A stretch of DNA of 64,000 nucleotides from Candidatus Saccharimonadia bacterium (GTDB lineage: Bacteria > Patescibacteriota > Saccharimonadia > UBA4664), in contig JBGTMQ010000019.1 of NCBI GenBank assembly GCA_041743505.1, positions 70,147-134,146 on the forward strand. Direction: 5' to 3'. Of this stretch, positions 37,254 through 45,932 are shown piece by piece. The first letter of the stretch is position 1. Every line of letters starts with the position of its first letter. Under the pieces are notes generated by a model. That model ran no database searches and was not told where the DNA came from. It saw only the letters and a list, made by a program, of their open reading frames with translations. A program made the position numbers and the translations under genes.

Positions 37254-38672
37254 TTAGAGAGCCTCGTAGTATCGCACATCCCATGAACTGCTACCCCCCG
37301 AAGAGCTGCTGCCGAAGGTAATGTTACCAGAGTTACTCAAGGTTATTTTTTGTGCCATAATCGCGCCAATATTCCCACCATTGCTCAGCGTCAGCGCTGT
37401 CCAGCGGGCATAAAATGTACTGCTGGCGGCCAAACCTTGGTTATTAATACTAACGGTCTGCACATTCATGGAACTGTTAAGGTTAGAGCCTGTCACGGTG
37501 GAGCAGTCTGGCGAACATGAGGCTGTTGAGTAGAAGGTAATAAAATTGGCACCTATGCCATTTGTGTTGGTGGCTACAACCGATGAATTGCTCATCGTAA
37601 TACCGCCAGAGCCGTCGATCATGACGGTGGGTGTCGTGGTAACGCCAGCCGCCAGCCTCAACTGACTGCTATTAGATAGGCTCAGCGTTCCAGTAATCCA
37701 GGCGTTTCCGGACAACGTCACATTGCAACTGTTACTCAACGAGACGTTGCCGGTGATCTTCACGTTGGCCGGCCAAGTCTTAGCTTGACTACCACTGCAA
37801 GAGGCCGCCGAGCCGCTGATATTATGAACCGGCCCGGCAGGAACAGCGGCTTTTTGCCCGTCGCGGTCATAATCGGGCAAGGTCACGGCAGCGACGCCGC
37901 TGGCTTCTGTCAGCCCCGGATTAGACAAACCGGTAGTAGTAATTTGGCCGTTGGCTTTAGTGTCACCATAAATGCGGGCACTATTAGTTATAGTAATGGG
38001 ATTGTTTTGCGTCCCCATCGGGCAAATCTGCGGCCACGTAGCGTTTACAGGAACGGGGCAACGCTGGTTTGCTACTGATACGGCCACCGGCGAGGCAGCC
38101 GAACCAATCCGGGATGAGTTACTCATGGTGAGGAAACCTCCGACATAAACCGGGCCGGTGGTAATAGTCGCAGAGTTGCTCATAACCAGCCCGCCTGGCC
38201 CGGTCTGAATCACGTAGCCACCGGAGGGGGTGCCTTCAATGATGAGCCGGACTTTTTTGGTAGATTTAGGTGTCACGGATGAGGCCGGGGCATAAACCTT
38301 ACCCACGGCATAAACAATTTTTTCATTGGCAATAGTGCCGCTGGTAACACAGGTTTCGTATGTAGCCCGGCCCTGGGCATTGCTATAGAGCGTTACTGGG
38401 TTGGAACCACTGGAGGTTATCGGGCAAACAGTGTTGGTACCGGTGTAGGAGCCACTTTGGTTGATCTCATACATAAACCGGTCTGCGCCAGCTTCGGCCG
38501 CATAAACCGCATTGGTAGTATAGGTCGAACGTTTAGCGGCTCCCAGGTTATAGAGTCCCAGCGTCATCACTCCCATCAAAATCGTCAAGACAACGAAGCC
38601 TTGGACAAGCATAAGAATGAGCAGGAAGCCATTTTCTGAGCTACGTAATGGTAATTGCAATCGTTTCATCAT
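37254..38672 (-). CDS. large pilin-like protein (PilX/PilY1-position tip or minor pilin, lacks Glu5)
   Basis: N-terminal NGFLLILMLVQGFVVL hydrophobic helix resembling a class III signal without the conserved Glu. 472 aa, rich in G/S/T/N (beta-helix-like). Confidence 0.45.
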   Translation of the reverse strand: MMKRLQLPLRSSENGFLLILMLVQGFVVLTILMGVMTLGLYNLGAAKRSTYTTNAVYAAEAGADRFMYEINQSGSYTGTNTVCPITSSGSNPVTLYSNAQGRATYETCVTSGTIANEKIVYAVGKVYAPASSVTPKSTKKVRLIIEGTPSGGYVIQTGPGGLVMSNSATITTGPVYVGGFLTMSNSSRIGSAASPVAVSVANQRCPVPVNATWPQICPMGTQNNPITITNSARIYGDTKANGQITTTGLSNPGLTEASGVAAVTLPDYDRDGQKAAVPAGPVHNISGSAASCSGSQAKTWPANVKITGNVSLSNSCNVTLSGNAWITGTLSLSNSSQLRLAAGVTTTPTVMIDGSGGITMSNSSVVATNTNGIGANFITFYSTASCSPDCSTVTGSNLNSSMNVQTVSINNQGLAASSTFYARWTALTLSNGGNIGAIMAQKITLSNSGNITFGSSSSGGSSSWDVRYYEAL

Positions 38673-39355
38673 TTATTCCTCAATGCAGCAGTTGTTGTAT
38701 AAGAACTCGTGTACGTACGGGACCCGATCGTCTTGCTCTCGGTTACGGTGAAGCTAATGGCTTCAGTGCCGGCCGGCGAGGTTACAGTAGCGCCGTTAGC
38801 ATCTAGGTAAGAGGTAGTCAAATTAGCCACATCCTCAACAATGACCGAATCGGCCGGACAGCTGCCGTTAGCGATGGCTGGCGGGCAAGTAGTGACTGCC
38901 CGGTTGCTAGGAGCCGAGGTATTAGCTATTACGCGCTTATACAACCGGCGGGTAGTATTATCAAGGTAAAAGATAATGTCGTCTGTGTAGAGGTTGTTAT
39001 GCAAGCCATCAATATAGATAAGGTTATTTGACGTGTCACGTGATGGCACGGACACAATGAGCGTAGTGCCGGAGCCGGCCGCACCTGACCAACTGTAAAG
39101 GTTGCCTGGTGCGCCTGGAGCGTTGTTATCAGCCAGAACATTATTTGCCTGAACGGAGCGGCCCTCACGAGCAATACGGGCCACTGCCTCCACCGCTGCT
39201 TTGGTGTTTACTAGCACCTCGGTCTGGGTGTAGTCCTGCTGGCTAGAACGTATGCTATCAGTCACAAAGTTACCGGCTACAAGAAGTAAAACACTAGTCA
39301 AGCTAATGGCCATTAGCACTTCCAATAAGCTAAAACCCCGTTCATCGGGACTCAT
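38669..39355 (-). CDS. type IV minor pilin (prepilin-type N-terminal cleavage/methylation domain)
   Basis: ERGFSLLEVLMAISL class III signal peptide. Confidence 0.7.
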   Translation of the reverse strand: MSPDERGFSLLEVLMAISLTSVLLLVAGNFVTDSIRSSQQDYTQTEVLVNTKAAVEAVARIAREGRSVQANNVLADNNAPGAPGNLYSWSGAAGSGTTLIVSVPSRDTSNNLIYIDGLHNNLYTDDIIFYLDNTTRRLYKRVIANTSAPSNRAVTTCPPAIANGSCPADSVIVEDVANLTTSYLDANGATVTSPAGTEAISFTVTESKTIGSRTYTSSYTTTAALRNK

Positions 39356-39753
39356 TTATTAATCCCCCGGCTTGCCACTAGCGTAGTCACACTAGTGGTC
39401 TTAAGGCCGCCTTTGCCGGTAAAGGTGATCGTCAGGTCAATCTGCTTTAGCCCGTTAGGCTGAAGTTCGGTAATGGTGGCAGTAGCCGACCGCGGCGCTA
39501 GGAGCGTGGGGTACGGCGTAAGAATTCCCGCTATATTCTGGGTGCCAACCACCAGATTGTTATATGGCGTATTGCGGTATTGCTCAATCTGTTGTTGTGC
39601 CAACTGGTTAACGATAACCATATTGCTGGAAAAACGGTTCAAATCCCGCACTTCAATAAAAAACTGAAGCATAGCCATAATCATAACGCTCATTACAGTT
39701 ATGGTTACAATAAGCTCAAGGAGCGAAAACCCCCGCTCATCAGCATATTTCAT
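39352..39753 (-). CDS. type IV minor pilin (prepilin-type N-terminal domain)
   Basis: ERGFSLLELIVTITVMSV class III signal peptide. Confidence 0.7.
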   Translation of the reverse strand: MKYADERGFSLLELIVTITVMSVMIMAMLQFFIEVRDLNRFSSNMVIVNQLAQQQIEQYRNTPYNNLVVGTQNIAGILTPYPTLLAPRSATATITELQPNGLKQIDLTITFTGKGGLKTTSVTTLVASRGINK

Positions 39754-39782
39754 ATTGATATTATACTGCTTACGCTCATCAA

Positions 39783-39813
39783 AAACGACCCCGGTAGAGA
39801 GGTCGTTTTCAGA
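39783..39813 (-). terminator. rho-independent terminator after pilA
   Basis: aaacgacc-ccggtagagag-ggtcgttt hairpin with T-run on the minus strand. Confidence 0.6.
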
Positions 39814-39828
39814 TTGGCTCAGGAAGTT

Positions 39829-40263
39829 CTAGTTGTTGTTAATCAGCTGGAAGTTACGGCTGGAGCCAGTACATGTTGCATCGTTGTTGGTCCCAGTGCT
39901 CGAGTCACCGCCATTCTCAAGACAAGCCTTGAGGGTGTAGGTGGTGTTGGTACCAGCCGGGGTGTAGGTGTAAACCAGCACACCAGTGTTCTTGGGGTCG
40001 GTCGGCACGTTCGTTAAGATTGGCGGGTTACCAGCCGTCAGGTCAGTGAGCGCCGCCGGATAAACATTGTTGCTAACAAAGTACTCTTCCAGTCCCTTCT
40101 GGATGGCCTTAAGATCGGTTTTACGCTGAGTGTCGCGGGCCTTCTTGGGCGCGGACGTAATGTTGGGGATAATCAACAAGGCTAGGATGCCAATGATCAC
40201 AATAACGATCAAAAGCTCCAGGAGCGTGAAACCGCCTTGTTTTTTAATGATGTTTTTAAGCAC
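39829..40263 (-). CDS. pilA: type IV major pilin PilA
   Basis: KQGGFTLLELLIVIVIIGILA prepilin signal; KARDTQRKTDLKAIQKGLEEYF; C-terminal Cys pair. Confidence 0.8.
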   Translation of the reverse strand: MLKNIIKKQGGFTLLELLIVIVIIGILALLIIPNITSAPKKARDTQRKTDLKAIQKGLEEYFVSNNVYPAALTDLTAGNPPILTNVPTDPKNTGVLVYTYTPAGTNTTYTLKACLENGGDSSTGTNNDATCTGSSRNFQLINNN

Positions 40264-40361
40264 GAGTGCTCACCTCCTTAATATTTGTGGAACTAGAATA
40301 GAGATAATAAGCTCTATATAAATTCACTATAAAGTGCTTACGTTTGAGTGTCAAATGAGAT

Positions 40362-40402
40362 CAAAAAAAGCCCCCGCCCCGGCCAAAAAACCGGAGCGAG
40401 GG
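40362..40402 (-). terminator. rho-independent terminator
   Basis: GC-rich imperfect 12-bp hairpin (cccccgccccgg/ccggagcgaggg) followed by T7 on the minus strand. Confidence 0.6.
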
Positions 40403-40414
40403 TAACGCACAACA

Positions 40415-40981
40415 CTAGCTATGTTCTGGCAAGCCCGTTTCGCGTCTTGATGCCGCCGAGCGACGAAGTGAGGCCAATTCCTCAGCCAAATTGTCTGCGC
40501 TGGACTTGTGGTCATCCGCGCGCGCGGCCAAACCGCGCTTCTCCAGCTCCTGCAATTGGGGCTGCTGGGCGGCCCACTTCTTGGCCTGTACCTCAGCCAC
40601 ACCCACCACCGCGATGAGGGCAGCGGTCAGGATAAAGCGGCTGGGCTTTCCCGTCACCCGGTTATGAACCAGCTTGACGAGGGGAGCACGCACAAGTGCA
40701 GAAGCTAGCTCAATACTGCCACGAACAGGCTTAGCCGCAACACCGGCGGTCATGGTAGCCAGCACACCCACCTTCAGATTCTTTGCCAGGCGCGGCCGCT
40801 TGGGTTTCAACCCAGGCTCGGTCTTTGCCATAACAACGCCGGTTATGACGGCGCCGACAACAGCTGGGAGGTACTCGAGCGGTGGTTCCCGGAGCAACTC
40901 CGGGTTCTCAACCACCGCGGCAATCCGCTGCCGGGCACTCTCGGCCAGGGCCTGCAGGTGCTGCGTGTAATTCGGCATCAA
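40415..40981 (-). CDS. hypothetical membrane-associated protein
   Basis: 188-aa ORF with hydrophobic stretches and its own terminator. Confidence 0.4.
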   Translation of the reverse strand: MMPNYTQHLQALAESARQRIAAVVENPELLREPPLEYLPAVVGAVITGVVMAKTEPGLKPKRPRLAKNLKVGVLATMTAGVAAKPVRGSIELASALVRAPLVKLVHNRVTGKPSRFILTAALIAVVGVAEVQAKKWAAQQPQLQELEKRGLAARADDHKSSADNLAEELASLRRSAASRRETGLPEHS

Positions 40982-41054
40982 TACTCCTAGCGAACGAAGA
41001 GCGGATCTGCTCCGAATGGGGCAGATTTACACTTTATAGCACAAAAACAAAGTT

Positions 41055-41093
41055 AAAACAAGACTCCGCCCCGGCCAAAAGCCGGAGCGGAGA
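41055..41093 (-). terminator. rho-independent terminator (same hairpin family as 40362..40402)
   Basis: ctccgccccggc-caaaa-gccggagcggag hairpin; weak T-run on the minus strand. Confidence 0.5.
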
Positions 41094-41114
41094 CAAAACC
41101 GGTGACAGACAAAA

Positions 41115-41603
41115 CTACTGTCGGTATACGGGGTCTTCCACGAATGTTGGTAGTTGCTTCAATTCGTGTCGGTAGGCAGCAATAGCCGCCTCGTGTTCCG
41201 ATGGCAATTTTCCTCCCAGTCTCGGGTGAAATTTGATGGCGAGAAGCCAACGGTGATTGCGCAGCCAAGCCATGCGGGGCTCATAGTGTCTTTCGACACT
41301 CAACTCGGGCTTGGTTAAATGCTTGTAGAGCAGGGTTATAACAACGCCACTAACGATGGTAACCAAGAACAACACAGTGCCGGCGTTGATGAATTTTCGT
41401 GCCTCAGGACTCCAGTCGAACGGCAGTGGCCATACCAGCAGGAGCGTATAAGCGCCGACACCGGCGCCGGATGTTGAGAGAGCCAGGACAGGCATAACCC
41501 AAACTGGTATTCGGCAGTATCGCCACGTTACAAGCCAGATTACAACGACGACCAACCCCAGTACGACAACTGCTGTTGTGGGGGGAAAAATATGGAGGGT
41601 CAT
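41115..41603 (-). CDS. 3-TM membrane protein with cytoplasmic tail
   Basis: RBS AGGGAG 5 nt before ATG (MTLHIFPP); 162 aa. Confidence 0.45.
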   Translation of the reverse strand: MTLHIFPPTTAVVVLGLVVVVIWLVTWRYCRIPVWVMPVLALSTSGAGVGAYTLLLVWPLPFDWSPEARKFINAGTVLFLVTIVSGVVITLLYKHLTKPELSVERHYEPRMAWLRNHRWLLAIKFHPRLGGKLPSEHEAAIAAYRHELKQLPTFVEDPVYRQ

Positions 41604-41732
41604 GTTGCTCCCTGTGTCAGGAAGGTACTGGAGGGGAAACGAACTAACAACTAGATTAATATACTCCTCAAGCCAAAATACGCAAGAGTTTGTCCACAAT
41701 GTTAATCAAAACAAGAATACCCCCAGATATGA

Positions 41733-41770
41733 GGACGCCCGCCCCGGTCATTGACCGGGGCGGGCGTAAG
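41733..41770 (-). terminator. strong GC hairpin terminator
   Basis: cgcccgccccggtca/tgaccggggcgggcg, about a 15-bp perfect stem. Confidence 0.55.
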
Positions 41771-41783
41771 CTGTGAAGAGTGG

Positions 41784-41909
41784 TTATGCAGCCTTGTCGT
41801 AAGGCGCTTCGTCCTCTTCACGGACCAACACGGCCCGGCGGCGCAGAAGCCCGGCTGCTACCAGCCCCACTATTGCCACCGCAATCAAAACAATCCAGCC
41901 GCGATTCAC
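41784..41909 (-). CDS. 41-aa single-TM peptide (GTG start), paralog B
   Basis: GGAGG-N6-GTG; VNRGWIVLIAVAIVGLVAAGLLRRRAVLVREEDEAPYDKAA. Confidence 0.4.
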   Translation of the reverse strand: MNRGWIVLIAVAIVGLVAAGLLRRRAVLVREEDEAPYDKAA

Positions 41910-41940
41910 AATTCACCTCCTTTACTGACTCGATGGAGGC

Positions 41941-42054
41941 CTATTTATCGGTGTTCCGGTTAGCCCGGCTCCGCGCGCGAAGCTTCGCGAACAACCCCAG
42001 CGCCGCCGCCACCAGACCGATGCGTTTCCACGACTGGCCTGACCACTTGGGCAT
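41941..42054 (-). CDS. 37-aa single-TM peptide, paralog A
   Basis: GAGGGGG-N6-ATG; MPKWSGQSWKRIGLVAAALGLFAKLRARSRANRNTDK. Shares the GLVAAxLGL core and an identical RBS-spacer (GGTGAAT) with paralog B. Confidence 0.4.
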   Translation of the reverse strand: MPKWSGQSWKRIGLVAAALGLFAKLRARSRANRNTDK

Positions 42055-42147
42055 GATTCACCCCCTCGAACATGTCGGATGTGCCCTTCGGACTATTAGG
42101 TGATACCACAGGGGTAAAATAATTGCTAGCTTAAGTAGTTAGGGCAA

Positions 42148-43380
42148 TTAAACAGAGTTACTGATCTCTGAGATCGGACCAAACACCGAGATAACGATAA
42201 AACCAACCATGCCTCCGAGCACAATAATAAGAATCGGTTCAATGATAGAAGTGATGCCGGAAATTACCGTGTCAACCTCACGCTCATAAAAGCCGGCCAG
42301 TTTGAGCAAAATTTCATCAATTTTGCCCGTTTCCTCACCCACCGACAGCATTTGGCCGACGATAGCGGGGAAGTGTGGGGAGGCCCGGATTTGCTCGCTC
42401 ATGGGCCGGCCGTTCTTAACTTTTTGGGCCACGATAGCTAATTCATCGCGGTAGACCGTGCTGCCTAGAGCACTTTGAGTAGCCTTCAAGGCATCGAGCA
42501 CCGAGATGCCCGAGGCCATCAGCGAACCAAAAGTACGGGCAAACCGCGCTATATTAACCTTAACAAGGATCGGGCCAATAATAGGGGCTTTGAGCAGCAG
42601 CCGGTCAAAAATACGCTTACCGCTATCGGTCCGGTGCCAGCGCACAAAAGCAATGATTGCTACAATCGCGCCACCAATAAGGTAATACCAGCCATGCACC
42701 AGGAAATCGGACATTGCTAACATAATTTTTGTGTAGATAGGCAGGTCGGCGCCCGCATCCTCAAAAATGCTGGACAATTTCGGCACGATCACAGTCATTA
42801 GGAAAAAGAATGCGCCAAAAGTCGCTATTGTAATAACGGCCGGGTAGATCATGGCGCTCTTGACCTTGCTCACGATCTCGGCGTCTTTTTCCTGCTGGGT
42901 GGCCAGGCGGTCAAGCACGTCATCCAGAATACCGCCGGTTTCACCGGCCCGCACCATGTTGACATAGATATTATTGAATACGTCCGGATGAGCGGCCAGC
43001 GCGTTGGCTAAGGTAGCACCGCCTTCAACCTGTTTGGATACATCAGCCACCACCAGCTTAAGTTTCTTCGACTCGGATTGTTCCGCCAGGATGCTCAGGG
43101 CCTGCGCGATCGGCACACCGGCATTAATCATCGTGGCAAACTGACGGCTCATGATAACCTTATCTTGTAATTTAACTCCGCCGCCCAGGTGTATTTTCTC
43201 CAGAAATCCATCGAGACCGCCAATACCAGCCGGCTTGGCCTTTGCCTCCTCCTTGAGCAGGATCGGCGTCAGACCTTTATCGGCCAGGCTGGCTGCAGCT
43301 GCCGCCCGGTCAGCCGCAAATAACGTACCCTTCTGGAACACCCCGGACTTGTCACGCGCACTGTAACTAAATGATGCCAT
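42148..43380 (-). CDS. pilC: type IV pilus inner-membrane platform protein PilC (GspF family)
   Basis: two GspF repeats and three TM segments; 410 aa. Confidence 0.9.
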   Translation of the reverse strand: MASFSYSARDKSGVFQKGTLFAADRAAAAASLADKGLTPILLKEEAKAKPAGIGGLDGFLEKIHLGGGVKLQDKVIMSRQFATMINAGVPIAQALSILAEQSESKKLKLVVADVSKQVEGGATLANALAAHPDVFNNIYVNMVRAGETGGILDDVLDRLATQQEKDAEIVSKVKSAMIYPAVITIATFGAFFFLMTVIVPKLSSIFEDAGADLPIYTKIMLAMSDFLVHGWYYLIGGAIVAIIAFVRWHRTDSGKRIFDRLLLKAPIIGPILVKVNIARFARTFGSLMASGISVLDALKATQSALGSTVYRDELAIVAQKVKNGRPMSEQIRASPHFPAIVGQMLSVGEETGKIDEILLKLAGFYEREVDTVISGITSIIEPILIIVLGGMVGFIVISVFGPISEISNSV

Positions 43381-43383
43381 TGA

Positions 43384-45435
43384 TTACTCCCGGGTTACTC
43401 TTAAGATCTCTTCGATGGTCGTCCGGCCCATCAAAGCTTTTACAAAACCGTCCTGTTGCATGGTTAACATACCGCCGCGGACGGCCTGTAGCTGAATGTC
43501 ATCCGAGGTTGCGTGACCCACAATCATCTTCTGGATCGAATCACTCACTTCCAGGACCTCGTAAATACCCATGCGCCCCTGGTACCCAACCCCGCCACAA
43601 GCTTCACACCCGGGACCGGCTTTATACAGAATAAATTGACCGGCCTTGAGATGGGCTGGATCCGGAGCCGGCCCGGCCTGCAGGGGCGCGGGAGGCGGGG
43701 CTGCCGCGCCGACAACCAGCGCAGCAGCAGGGGCAGTCACGGGTGCCGGCGGTTGCGGTGCTGCCGGGGAGCCGGCCTTTTTGGCGTCCTCGACCGACCG
43801 GTTGATAATATTCGGGTCGGCCGCGATCTTATCCAGAATCGAATTCGCCGTATCAATATCATGCGTCGGCTCAATAATCCGGTTCTTCTTGCGCTCGTTC
43901 GGCTCTACCCGCACTGGCTTTGGCGCCTCTTGCGGCACCGGTGAAGGTACAGCCGGCTTCTCGGCCGGGATCGCTCCGCCGCTCTTCAGTTCATTGAAAT
44001 GCTTTAGCGCAATATCAAGCTGGAAATCCCGCTTGATATTACTAAGCTCTGTGCCCTCGGGCACGTACGACTGGCGGCAAACCGGGCACAGCCGCCGCAC
44101 CAGCCGCTGGCCAATCACTGTGTTAACCGTACTCGCAATCAGAAACGGCTCAATGCCCATATCCAACAACCGGGGTAGGGTAGTGGCGGCATTATTAGTG
44201 TGCAGCGTGCTCAAAACCACGTGCCCGGTCAAAGCCGCCTGCACAGCCAAATCCGCCGTCTCACCGTCACGAATCTCACCCACCATGATGATGTTGGGGT
44301 CTTGCCGCAACAGCGCCCGCAAACCGGCCGCGAAACTCATGCCGGCCTTAACGTTGGTTTGCGTCTGGTTGACACCGGTCACGCGGTATTCCACCGGGTC
44401 CTCAATCGTCGAAATATTCACGCCCGCCGTGTTGAGCATTGACAATATCGAATACAACGTAGTGGACTTGCCCGAGCCGGTCGGACCCGTTACCAGCGTC
44501 ATACCATGCGGCTTGTGCAGGTTGCGGCCGATAGTATCCAGCGCATTACCGGCAAAGCCCAGCTCTTCCAATGTCAGCGCCCGGGCCGATTCGTCCAAAA
44601 TACGCATGACGACCTTCTCGCCGTCCATGATCGGCAAAGTCGATACCCGCAGCGCCACTTGCTTCTGCCCGATACTAAACTTAAACCGCCCGTCCTGTGG
44701 TACCCGGTGCTCATCAATTTTCAAATTCGACAAAATCTTAATACGCGACACTACCGCCGCCAATATTGGCTTTGGCAAAGTCATGGTTTCGCGCAGTACA
44801 CCATCGATGCGGTAACGCACCTGCACAATATTTTCCCGCGGCTCAATATGAATGTCGGATGCCCGGCTCTTGATGGCGTATTCCAATATGACGTTTACCG
44901 TTTTGGCGATTGGTGCGTCTTCGGCTATATCCTTTGCCGACACCTTTTCCTCGGCCGCCGCGTCCGCGCTGCTGTCCTTGATGGCCTTTGTTATCTCGCT
45001 CGATATGTTACCCTTGTATTGGTCAATAGCACCCAACACATCGCTTGGCACCGCCAAATAAGACTTAAGTTTCCCGCCGACTTGCTTGCTAATAAAGTCT
45101 GCCGCCTGGAAGTCCTCAGGATCGGCCATAGCCAGCTGATAGTGGTCCTCCTCCACACCAAATAACACCGCCTGATACTTCCGCGCGATCCGCTCCGGGA
45201 TCTTTAGCAGCACCTCGCGCGGAATCTTAACGTCACCCAATTCTACGAACGGCACCTTAATACTGTCCGCAAACAGTTTGGCCAGGTCCTTCTCGTTAAT
45301 GAATTTATTTTTGAGGACGGCAGCTTGCAGCGTTTCGGTGGATCCTTGCTTGGGCGTAGCATCATTAAGAACGGTCTCTTTTACGCGACCGGAGTCAATT
45401 AACAGCTTTCTGAGCTCACCATCAGATATGTGCAT
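43384..45435 (-). CDS. pilB: type IV pilus assembly ATPase PilB (GspE family) with low-complexity insertion
   Basis: Walker A GPTGSGKSTTL, Asp box, Walker B, His box, tetracysteine CPVC...CEAC. 683 aa. Confidence 0.9.
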   Translation of the reverse strand: MHISDGELRKLLIDSGRVKETVLNDATPKQGSTETLQAAVLKNKFINEKDLAKLFADSIKVPFVELGDVKIPREVLLKIPERIARKYQAVLFGVEEDHYQLAMADPEDFQAADFISKQVGGKLKSYLAVPSDVLGAIDQYKGNISSEITKAIKDSSADAAAEEKVSAKDIAEDAPIAKTVNVILEYAIKSRASDIHIEPRENIVQVRYRIDGVLRETMTLPKPILAAVVSRIKILSNLKIDEHRVPQDGRFKFSIGQKQVALRVSTLPIMDGEKVVMRILDESARALTLEELGFAGNALDTIGRNLHKPHGMTLVTGPTGSGKSTTLYSILSMLNTAGVNISTIEDPVEYRVTGVNQTQTNVKAGMSFAAGLRALLRQDPNIIMVGEIRDGETADLAVQAALTGHVVLSTLHTNNAATTLPRLLDMGIEPFLIASTVNTVIGQRLVRRLCPVCRQSYVPEGTELSNIKRDFQLDIALKHFNELKSGGAIPAEKPAVPSPVPQEAPKPVRVEPNERKKNRIIEPTHDIDTANSILDKIAADPNIINRSVEDAKKAGSPAAPQPPAPVTAPAAALVVGAAAPPPAPLQAGPAPDPAHLKAGQFILYKAGPGCEACGGVGYQGRMGIYEVLEVSDSIQKMIVGHATSDDIQLQAVRGGMLTMQQDGFVKALMGRTTIEEILRVTRE

Positions 45436-45462
45436 AGTTAGAATTATTGTAGCATAAGCAGC

Positions 45463-45744
45463 TTAAACGCGTTCATGCAATAGCCGGGCTACGCGGCTGG
45501 CCCGTACAGATTCGCTCTTGATAATACGCCGCCCCCGTTGCGTCAGTTTATATCGTTGATTATCTCTCGTTAGCTCGATAAGGCCATCCCGCACAAGGCG
45601 TTGCAGCGCATAATAAAACGTTCTCTCGCCTATTATTAAGGTACTTTGCGAATCCTCCGCCACTTGAGTCGCAATCTCCGGTCGGGTCGCTTCGCCCGCT
45701 GCAAGTGCCAGCAAAATATGAAGGGTGACAGGGGTTGGTGGCAT
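45463..45744 (-). CDS. PadR-like winged-helix transcriptional regulator
   Basis: 93 aa; LHILLALAAGEATRPEIATQV...YYALQRLVRDGLIE pattern. Confidence 0.5.
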   Translation of the reverse strand: MPPTPVTLHILLALAAGEATRPEIATQVAEDSQSTLIIGERTFYYALQRLVRDGLIELTRDNQRYKLTQRGRRIIKSESVRASRVARLLHERV

Positions 45745-45932
45745 GGCGAGAAATTCCAGTTTATATCCGGATAGGATACTGAAACCATTTCAGTAGGGGG
45801 GCTTAAACAATATGTCATGACCCGCGAAGTAAATAAACAAAGCTCATGCTTGCATTTCGGTTTTTGTTCACTTACATTGAAAACACAACTCGCAGGTGAG
45901 GCGAAAAGAGGTCTATAAAGGGAGATTTTCGT

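Noticed and set aside
41751-42103. Plus-strand ORFs 41751..41963 and 41780..42103 from the six-frame track
   Set aside because: No RBS, opposite to the orientation of the whole pilus operon, and Pro/Arg-rich composition typical of antisense frames in GC-rich DNA. The minus-strand micro-ORFs with strong RBSs explain the region better
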